A DNA stretch of 64,000 nucleotides from Polyangiaceae bacterium (GTDB lineage Bacteria; Myxococcota_A; Polyangia; Polyangiales; Polyangiaceae): NCBI GenBank assembly GCA_033763455.1, contig JANRKO010000028.1, positions 96,001-160,000 of the forward strand. Reading direction: 5' to 3'. Positions within the stretch are counted from its first letter, which is position 1. Every line of letters starts with the position of its first letter. The notes beneath the pieces are model-generated. The model had not been told where the DNA came from, made no database searches, and was given only the letters and a program-made list of their open reading frames with translations. The translations under genes were made by a program, and so were the position numbers. Shown one piece after another: positions 56,926-64,000 of the stretch.

Positions 56926-58338
56926 CTACACTAAAGTCGAGATCGGCGAGCTGCAATAATCTCTGCCGGGTTCTTGGTAAGTAGTTCTTGGATCACCGAA
57001 GAGGTTCAGGATCGCCACAAGCAGATTGTTGTGGGGAATGCCGGGGTCTTCGTCGTTGCTCTTGTTTGACCGAAAGTCTAGGTGGCGCCCTGTCTTGAGG
57101 CCGCCGCCGCTACCAGCTAACATTAGCGGAAGGTTGTCCTTGGCGTGGCTTTCGGGCCAGCCCAACTCCGAGCCGAAGAAAACCACACTTTCGTCGAGTA
57201 GGCTGTGGCCGCCCATATCCACCTTGGCCATCTCGCCGAGCAGGTACGCATGTTGCTCGCTATACCAGGTGCCAATTTTCTCAAGCTCAGCCGGGCGGTA
57301 ACCTCCATCATGCTGATAGAAGTGGTGATGTTCAGATAGGCCGAGCCACGGAAATGTGTGTTTGGCTTCGGCATCCGTCCACTGCAGCGTGCCAACTGCC
57401 GTGATGTCGCAGGCGAAGGCCATGACCATCATGTCCATCATGTATTTGCCGACCACAGGAATGAGCGAATCTGTAGCAACGTCCTTCGCAACGGTGACAC
57501 TCGGGTTGTAGCCGGTCGTGTCAACGCGTGTTGGCGGCTGACACTTGCCGCCAGTCGCGGCTGTGGCGGAAAGCCCTTGCTCTACTTCCCGAATTTTCTC
57601 CAGATGCTGCTCTAGCTTGGCGCGATCCGCTGTGCCCAGGCGAGCACCAAGTGCCACAAATTTTCTGTCCACGAAATCCAAGATCGACTTCTTGCGCAGT
57701 ATGCGCTGGTCCGGTTGTCCCGGGGTGGTACCGGGCGTCGGTGCGAGCTGGCCGAAGAGGTCATTGTAGATCGCGACTGGATCCACGCTCGGCGGGATCT
57801 GCGCTGCGCCCGCGGCATCTTCGAAGTTGAGGCAGTTCATGTAATCGAGCCTGCCAGCGGACTCTCCGGTAGCCCAACGAATGGCAAACTGCAGGCTCGT
57901 TCTGGCTTTCTTGCCTTTTGAAATGCGCGTTGCGATTACCTGATCGATCGAAGGCAACACGGAGTGCTCATTGGGAGTGTTCTCCAGTTCTGCTCCCGTT
58001 AAGAGGCCATTCATGCCAGCTCCGTGTTGCTCACCAAGAGCACAAGCAAGGTTCAGTCCGCGAATCGTGAGGAGACGCTCTTGAACAGGAGCGAGCGGCG
58101 CCAAAATTGGGCTCAGAGCGGGCGCCGTTTCGGTTCCCGTTGGCCAGTAGCGTTGGCTGCCGTTCTGCGGAGCCTGCAGTGCACCACCTGGCGTAAAGAC
58201 CGTTAGAAAGCGATTGGCAGGCAACACGGCTTGGGCCTGCGCTGGCTCCACACCCATGGCTTCAAGCCAAGGTAGAGCTACAGCGATCGACCCCATGCCA
58301 CGCATCACCGCTCTACGGCTCAGTCGAAAACGGGTCAT
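56926..58338 (-). CDS. DUF1552 protein with Tat signal
   Basis: SRRAVMRG..ALPWLEAM; SIDQVIA; SILDFV; LLDESVV; LPLMLAG. Confidence 0.85.
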   Translation of the reverse strand: MTRFRLSRRAVMRGMGSIAVALPWLEAMGVEPAQAQAVLPANRFLTVFTPGGALQAPQNGSQRYWPTGTETAPALSPILAPLAPVQERLLTIRGLNLACALGEQHGAGMNGLLTGAELENTPNEHSVLPSIDQVIATRISKGKKARTSLQFAIRWATGESAGRLDYMNCLNFEDAAGAAQIPPSVDPVAIYNDLFGQLAPTPGTTPGQPDQRILRKKSILDFVDRKFVALGARLGTADRAKLEQHLEKIREVEQGLSATAATGGKCQPPTRVDTTGYNPSVTVAKDVATDSLIPVVGKYMMDMMVMAFACDITAVGTLQWTDAEAKHTFPWLGLSEHHHFYQHDGGYRPAELEKIGTWYSEQHAYLLGEMAKVDMGGHSLLDESVVFFGSELGWPESHAKDNLPLMLAGSGGGLKTGRHLDFRSNKSNDEDPGIPHNNLLVAILNLFGDPRTTYQEPGRDYCSSPISTLV

Positions 58339-58345
58339 TTTCAGG

Positions 58346-60130
58346 TTACTCCTTCACCGCGCTGAGATAGAGAAAAGCATCTGACTGAGAAAGGGCAGTC
58401 AGCATGGATTTGATGTCGTAGTTCGACTGCACAAATGTGTTTTGCACCGACGCTTGCGTGCACTGATCGGCCGCCCCCAACGTGCGGCCGTAGGCGTAAT
58501 TCATGAAATGGCTGGCGAAGCACGCCTTCACTTCCGGTGTGGCAGCGACCCGCTGGGCGAGTTCAACCGGGCCATTGAAAGGCGCACCCAAGATGGGTAC
58601 CTGACCACTAGCATCAATGGCGACGCCATTTTCGGTGTCGCGCCACAAGCCCACGGCATCGATGTTTTCCTGGGCAAGCCCGATTGGGTCCATGAGCGAG
58701 TGGCAGCCTGCGCAACCGGGATCCTGGGAGTGCGCTCGGAAGCGATCTCTTGCAGTGGCTCCCTGGTAGGGATCCGGCGGCTTGATGGAGGCCGCAACCG
58801 CCGCGCTCGGCGGGGGAATTGGTTGGCACAAGAGCTCTTTCATCAGAAATGCACCGCGCTTTACGGGATTGGTATGATTGGAGTGCACAGTGCCCGCCAA
58901 GACTCCGCCTTGTGTGAGCAGCCCCAAGCGCCGAACGCCATCAAGAGGTACCTTCTGAAATGCCTCCCCCGTTACAGGGGTGTAGCCATAATACGCTGCA
59001 AGCTCGGCGTTCACCAACGTGTAGGGTGCGGTGAAAATTGATTCAAACCGACCATCACCCTCGAAGATAACGTGCCTCAGGAACGTGAGCGTTTCTTCCC
59101 GGAGGAGCTCACCTATTCTAGGCGTAAACGTCGGATACGCGACTGGATCTCGCGTAAGGCCCGCGAGGCCTGAGATCGGCAGCTGGTTATCAAAAAAGTA
59201 GCGCAAGCTCACGTCCGACCGCGGATCGTTCAGCATGCGCGTTGCATGCGTGAGTACGCCCTCCTTGGTGTCAAGTTCGCCGCGTGCGGCTGCTGCAATA
59301 AGGTCAGGGTCAGGCGTGGAGGCCCAATAGGTGTAGGCGAGGCGAGTTGCCATTTCGTTCCCCGTGGGCCGCAAGAGGTCCGGCCTCCCCGATACGGCTA
59401 CACCGAACTCTGGGCGATACAGAAAATCAGGGGAGAGAAGGAGCCCTTCTAAGACTGCGGCGAGGCTCCGAGCAAAGTCTTCGCCGCCAGATCTCACCGC
59501 TTGGAACAGAATAACGAGGTCGTCCACTTCAGCTTGTAGTAATTGGCGACGATAGATGCGCGGAGCGAAGGACTGTGCGAGCGAGCGAACGCACTCAAGC
59601 TCTGTTGCCGCGCTGGGCGTGGCAACAAGATCCGCAGCACACGGAGCGAGGTGCGCGATCTGAGTAGCAGCAGTCGCCCTTTGCGCCACATCTTCGGCTA
59701 CGGCGATGTACTGCTGCGCCAGCAACGACGACACCGACTGGCTATCGGCGTCATTGCCAAAGCCATTGCCTGATTGTTCACCCGGAAGCAGGTTGCCAGG
59801 TGCTGTGAGATCGTTGAAGAGATCACGTGCCGTATTGGAATACTCGAAGCGCGTAAGGCGCCGGAGTGGGGCCCGTGGTGGAACGGGTACATCGCAGCCA
59901 ACAGGAACTAAAGCGCCTCCTGTGCCAGGTGTCGCACCGCCTGCGCCCGGCACAGAGCCACCCCCTACAGTATCTCCCACGCCTGACGGTGCCCCACCTG
60001 CACCTGGCGTCGCGGAGTTCGCCCGCGCGTGATTTCTCGGAGCGGGCTCTTGGGTACACCCCAGTACCAGCGCACCTGCTGCGATAATCGTTGAAATACA
60101 CTGATGCGCGCGCAGGGTCGAGATAAGCAT
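58346..60130 (-). CDS. DUF1587/1595/1592/1588/1585 lipoprotein with CxxCH
   Basis: VLGC lipobox; LRRLTRFEYSNT; SPDFLYR; GLLTQG..PVKRG; CAGCH..DPIG. Confidence 0.88.
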   Translation of the reverse strand: MLISTLRAHQCISTIIAAGALVLGCTQEPAPRNHARANSATPGAGGAPSGVGDTVGGGSVPGAGGATPGTGGALVPVGCDVPVPPRAPLRRLTRFEYSNTARDLFNDLTAPGNLLPGEQSGNGFGNDADSQSVSSLLAQQYIAVAEDVAQRATAATQIAHLAPCAADLVATPSAATELECVRSLAQSFAPRIYRRQLLQAEVDDLVILFQAVRSGGEDFARSLAAVLEGLLLSPDFLYRPEFGVAVSGRPDLLRPTGNEMATRLAYTYWASTPDPDLIAAAARGELDTKEGVLTHATRMLNDPRSDVSLRYFFDNQLPISGLAGLTRDPVAYPTFTPRIGELLREETLTFLRHVIFEGDGRFESIFTAPYTLVNAELAAYYGYTPVTGEAFQKVPLDGVRRLGLLTQGGVLAGTVHSNHTNPVKRGAFLMKELLCQPIPPPSAAVAASIKPPDPYQGATARDRFRAHSQDPGCAGCHSLMDPIGLAQENIDAVGLWRDTENGVAIDASGQVPILGAPFNGPVELAQRVAATPEVKACFASHFMNYAYGRTLGAADQCTQASVQNTFVQSNYDIKSMLTALSQSDAFLYLSAVKE

Positions 60131-60342
60131 GCGTAACTCCAGCGTTTGCGCAACCAATGCGCACGCTTCGCTGAAGTCAGTATGAAGTGCGGGGATGCCT
60201 GCGTAAAGGGCGAGAGTCCGCCAAAATCTGGCGTAACTGCGCCACGGTTGGAGCGTGAGGCGAAGTTAGCGTTTGCACCTCTGGGCATCTTGCTGGGTAA
60301 GGTCTGCAAAGTCGATTTGCACTGGCCATGAGCTAGCCCAAA

Positions 60343-62610
60343 TCAGACGCGCTCTAGATATTGAGCCGCTACGCGCTTCGTACCCACTTTTGGGAATTCT
60401 GCTGTGATGAACGGCTGGGAGCCAAGCTCTACGCGGCGCACGATGCCGCGTCCGAAGTGTTTGTGGAAAACGCGATCGCCTGGGTGTACGGGTTCGCCCG
60501 TGTCGTCCCCGGGGATGTCGTCAACGTCGCGCTCAATGATGCGTTCGCCGGGCATGAGTGGCGTGCGTGTGGGCAAAGAGGGGCGTTCGTAGTGGTCGTA
60601 GGAGCCGCCTCGGTCACCCGCATATGGGCTTCCGTAATTCGGGCGAAAGCTGGAGTGGCCTGTGCCGTGATGCTCCACCACATCGCTCGGGATGTCCGCC
60701 AAAAACCGGCTTTTTACGAGGTAGCGAGTTCTGCCGAACAACATGCGCGCGGACACATGGCTTAAGATGAGGTTTCGCCGAGCGCGGGTTAAAGCCACGT
60801 AGGCCAGGCGGCGCTCTTCATCGAGCTCTTCGGAATTTTCACCGTCTACGCCTCGGTAGGGGAACACTTCTTCTTCCAGGCCTGTCACGAATACGGTGTC
60901 AAATTCGAGGCCCTTGGCGCTGTGTACCGTCATTAGGGATACTTGCGAGCCCGCTTGCAGATTATCTACCGCAGCCACGAGCGAGATGCGCTCTAGATAC
61001 CCGCTCAGAGTGGGTGGCTCTCCATTTTGCTCCACTTCTTTTTCGTATTCGGCAAGCGAGCCCACAAGCTCTTCCATATTGCCGAGCCGGGCGTCCGCTT
61101 CGGCGGAATCTTGGGCTTGCAGAGAGGAGCGGTAGCCTGTGCGATCCAAGATGGCGTTAGCCAATTCGTGCGGCAGAAGCTTTTGGGCATCGGCGCGAAA
61201 ATCCTCCAGAAGCTCGTAAAATTCAGCCAGCTTCTTCTTGGCTCCGCGCGCCAAAACATCATCTTTGGCAGATAGGCGCAGCGCTTCGTACACGCTCACG
61301 CTATTTTCTCCCGCCAGGTCGAGCACGCGTTCCACTGTTTTATTGCCAATGCCGCGGACGGGTACATTGATGATACGCAGAAGATCCGTATCGCTTCTTG
61401 GGTTCTCGATGAGCCGGAGGTAGCTGAGGAGGTCTTTCACCTCCGCGCGCTCAAAGAATTTCATGCCCCCAATGATTTGGTAGGGAATGTTGTAGCCGCG
61501 CAACATGTCTTCAATAACGCGCGATTGGGCGTGCACGCGGTAGAAAATGGCGATGTCCGCTGGGTCCGTACCGTGCTCGGTGGCTCGACGGATCGAATCC
61601 GCCACACTTCGGGCTTCCTCGCGTTCGTCGCCGAGGGCGCGAACTATCACTTTGTTGCCCGGTGGCTCTGCCGTCCACAGGTTCTTCTCTTCGCGCTGAT
61701 GAGCGGGTGCGATAACGCCCATGGCGGCGCGCACAATGTTGGCGCTGGAACGGTAATTTTGTTCGAGCTTGATCACCTCAGCATCGGGGAAATCGCGCCG
61801 AAATCCGCGAATGAGCCGCACATCGGCCCCGCGCCAGCCGTAGATGCTCTGATCGTCGTCACCCACCACACACACATTGCGTGTGCGTTCGGAAAGCGCA
61901 CGGATTAGGCGATATTGAATCATGTTGGTGTCTTGGAATTCATCCACCAACACAAAATCGAAACGGCTACGAAGCTCTTGTGCCACCGGGTTGGCCGTGT
62001 TCTCCACGAGCTCGGTCATGTAGAGGATCAGATCCTCGAAATCGACGGCGTTGGCCTGCAACAGCGCTCGCTCATAGTCGGCGTAGAGCTCGGCTAGAGT
62101 GTTATCGGATTCGGCCAAATCCTGGGCGTGCCGTGCCCTTCTCCCTTCGCGCTTTTCATGGCCAATTTTTCCCAACACCACTTTTGGTGGGTATTCTTTA
62201 TCGTCGAGGCTGCGCCGCTTCAGGATTCGCGTCAGCACGGCTTTCTGATCCGAGTCGTCGTAAATAACGTAATCGCGCGTGAGGCCTACTTGATCGGCGT
62301 AGCGGCGTAGGAGCTTGGCGCAGACGGAGTGAAAAGTTCCGATCCAGAGGTCCCGTGTTATCTCGGGCCCGGCCAGGCTATCCAACCGTGCCCGCATCTC
62401 GCCGGCGGCTTTGTTGGTGAACGTGACGGCCAAAATGCGATACGGGGGCACTCGGTGCGTGCTGAGGAGGTTTGCGATGCGGTAGATAAGCGTGCGTGTT
62501 TTGCCGCTCCCCGCGCCGGCAAAGATGATGAGCGGGCCATGGCCGTGGAGCACCGCTTGTTTTTGGGGATCATTCAACAAAACTTCTGACTGGGCGCTCA
62601 CGCTCGACAC
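60343..62610 (-). CDS. uvrD: UvrD/PcrA SF1 DNA helicase (start 62610 or 62601)
   Basis: AGAGSGKT, TFTNKAA, VDEFQDTN, VGDDDQSIYGWRGA, LEQNYRS, TVHSAKGLEF, EERRLAYVA; C-terminal Tudor-like domain. Confidence 0.95.
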   Translation of the reverse strand: MSSVSAQSEVLLNDPQKQAVLHGHGPLIIFAGAGSGKTRTLIYRIANLLSTHRVPPYRILAVTFTNKAAGEMRARLDSLAGPEITRDLWIGTFHSVCAKLLRRYADQVGLTRDYVIYDDSDQKAVLTRILKRRSLDDKEYPPKVVLGKIGHEKREGRRARHAQDLAESDNTLAELYADYERALLQANAVDFEDLILYMTELVENTANPVAQELRSRFDFVLVDEFQDTNMIQYRLIRALSERTRNVCVVGDDDQSIYGWRGADVRLIRGFRRDFPDAEVIKLEQNYRSSANIVRAAMGVIAPAHQREEKNLWTAEPPGNKVIVRALGDEREEARSVADSIRRATEHGTDPADIAIFYRVHAQSRVIEDMLRGYNIPYQIIGGMKFFERAEVKDLLSYLRLIENPRSDTDLLRIINVPVRGIGNKTVERVLDLAGENSVSVYEALRLSAKDDVLARGAKKKLAEFYELLEDFRADAQKLLPHELANAILDRTGYRSSLQAQDSAEADARLGNMEELVGSLAEYEKEVEQNGEPPTLSGYLERISLVAAVDNLQAGSQVSLMTVHSAKGLEFDTVFVTGLEEEVFPYRGVDGENSEELDEERRLAYVALTRARRNLILSHVSARMLFGRTRYLVKSRFLADIPSDVVEHHGTGHSSFRPNYGSPYAGDRGGSYDHYERPSLPTRTPLMPGERIIERDVDDIPGDDTGEPVHPGDRVFHKHFGRGIVRRVELGSQPFITAEFPKVGTKRVAAQYLERV

Positions 62611-62693
62611 TATTGCGGGAGTCCCCGCTTTTGGCCAGACTCGCCTTTGGGCGTACCGTTTTGGGCTTTTCGAGCCCTCGCCCGAATGCATCG

Positions 62694-63755
62694 ATGACCC
62701 CGACTTCCCCCAACGATTCGTCAGAGCAAAAGCCGGGTGTTGGGTGGGCCCTGGCCGATTGCGCGCCAGAGCTTGTAGCGCCGTCGGTGTGCGCGTGTTG
62801 TTTGGCGCCCGCTACCCTGGCGCGCGCCGAACGCTCGGTGCGTGGCGGCTCGGCATTTGTAGCGCCTTACTGTGATGCGTGTTTGGGACATCGCACTCTT
62901 GCCTCGACACGTGTGCTCGCCGCGGCGCTCGCCTCGGTGGTGCTCGCGCTGGGGCTCTCGGTGCTCTTGCCCTTGGCAGTGGGTTGGTCGAGCGCTTGGG
63001 TGTGGCTTGCTTCTGTGGTGGGTGCACTTCTACCGAGCGCTGTGCTTCGGCTTTGGCAGCCCGAGGTGCCAGAGGGGCACACCAGTTGGGGGGCGGCCGC
63101 GTTTTTCAATCAAAACGGAGAGCTGGTGTTTTCGAATGCAGCTTTCGCGGAAATGGTTGCGGCTGAGAAGGCGGGCGTGCTCGTGCCGAGGTCGAGCGTG
63201 GAGCGCCCTTCGCTTTGGGTAGCATCTGGCGCGGTCTGTGTGCTCGTGGTGTCACCGTTCTTGTACTGGTTGTATCACCCGCCGGTGCGCATCTTAAACT
63301 TGGGGGATGAACCTGTGAGTGTGTGGGTGGACGGCGCCATGCTCGCCCGTGTGGAGCCTACAAGTCTCGAACACCCCGACGCAGGGGTTAAGTTGAGAGT
63401 TCGCCTTGGGGAACGCGCCATCGAAGCACGAGCCCTTTCAGGCAAGGTGGTGGACGCGCGCCGGGTGCGTGTAAAAGTGGCCGAGGAGCACCTTTACGTG
63501 CCAGTTGCGGATGGTTACTGCTTCTGGCTGGAGATGACGCACTACGGACGAACCATTGCGGGTGAGCCGGAGCGTACGGCGCTCGGTTCAAGCCACAATT
63601 TCTTCCAGATCCCGGTTGGGGTGGATAATTGGTTCAGTCCGAATCCCGCCCCAGGAAGTGGGGATCGCCGCTCCACCGGCGGGGTGCTCACGGCACTGAG
63701 GCAAGCCCGCTGTCGGGATGCTCCGCCCGATGCCGTTTTTCCCGGGAGATTCTGA
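62694..63755 (+). CDS. Hypothetical membrane protein with Cys motifs
   Basis: CACC..CDAC..H, then three TM segments and a soluble C-terminal domain. Confidence 0.65.
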   Translation: MTPTSPNDSSEQKPGVGWALADCAPELVAPSVCACCLAPATLARAERSVRGGSAFVAPYCDACLGHRTLASTRVLAAALASVVLALGLSVLLPLAVGWSSAWVWLASVVGALLPSAVLRLWQPEVPEGHTSWGAAAFFNQNGELVFSNAAFAEMVAAEKAGVLVPRSSVERPSLWVASGAVCVLVVSPFLYWLYHPPVRILNLGDEPVSVWVDGAMLARVEPTSLEHPDAGVKLRVRLGERAIEARALSGKVVDARRVRVKVAEEHLYVPVADGYCFWLEMTHYGRTIAGEPERTALGSSHNFFQIPVGVDNWFSPNPAPGSGDRRSTGGVLTALRQARCRDAPPDAVFPGRF

Positions 63756-63758
63756 AGA

Positions 63759-63786
63759 TTGGCAAGGGGGGTCAAACTACTATACT
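63759..63786 (+). promoter_or_regulatory. sigma70-type promoter for grpE
   Basis: TTGGCA-16 nt-TATACT, ending 11 nt before the GTG. Confidence 0.55.
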
Positions 63787-63797
63787 GAGCCGCCACC

Positions 63798-64000
63798 GTG
63801 ACAGACACATCTGCTACCGACCTCGATACCACCACCTCTGATGCCGAAGGCGCACCCCAAGAAGCGCAGCCAGATCCGCTTGAGGTAGCTCGTGCCGAAC
63901 AAGCCCGGCTAAAGGACCAGCTTTTGCGGGTGGCGGCCGATTTCGACAACTTTAGAAAACGTTCTCGTCGCGACATCATGGATGCTGAGCGGAAGGTCCG
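63798..64000 (+). CDS. grpE: Nucleotide exchange factor GrpE (5' part)
   Basis: Not in the ORF track; translates ..[22 protein letters not shown], the GrpE coiled-coil signature. Confidence 0.88.
   Translation, partial: MTDTSATDLDTTTSDAEGAPQEAQPDPLEVARAEQARLKDQLLRVAADFDNFRKRSRRDIMDAERKV

Overview
A GC-rich bacterial chromosome segment, probably Myxococcota (Polyangiaceae-like). This is inferred from the Ser/Thr kinases, Gly-rich-linker lipoproteins, the DUF1592/DUF1552 pair and the many hybrid kinases. The ends carry housekeeping and envelope genes: tamB-like and tamA/bamA-like at left; nucleosidase, DUF1552/DUF1592, uvrD/pcrA and grpE at right. Between about 5.1 and 55.7 kb lies a roughly 50-kb cluster of general-stress/dormancy-type genes: katE, CsbD, YihY, a ku/ligD remnant, ferritin-like, YtxH, two BON proteins, GlsB/YeaQ, hemerythrin, acnA, lmo0937-like, a glf glycan cassette, a heme-oxygenase-like enzyme with a methyltransferase, four orphan histidine kinases and two Ser/Thr kinases. 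Three observations stand out. (1) By eye, 27 correctly spaced sigma54-type -24/-12 elements (GG-N10-GC in a YGGCAC-N5-TTGC-like context) lie in the cluster, nearly all upstream of and oriented toward a gene, suggesting a stress regulon wired to RpoN. (2) In 8 of them the start codon lies exactly 13-14 nt after the -12 C, predicting leaderless sigma54 mRNAs. (3) The 'ligD' ORF is an in-frame chimera of the first ~12 codons of Ku and a LigD lacking its N-terminus and catalytic lysine motif. No rRNA, tRNA, CRISPR array, transposase or integrase was found. All calls are by manual motif recognition; no database searches were run.
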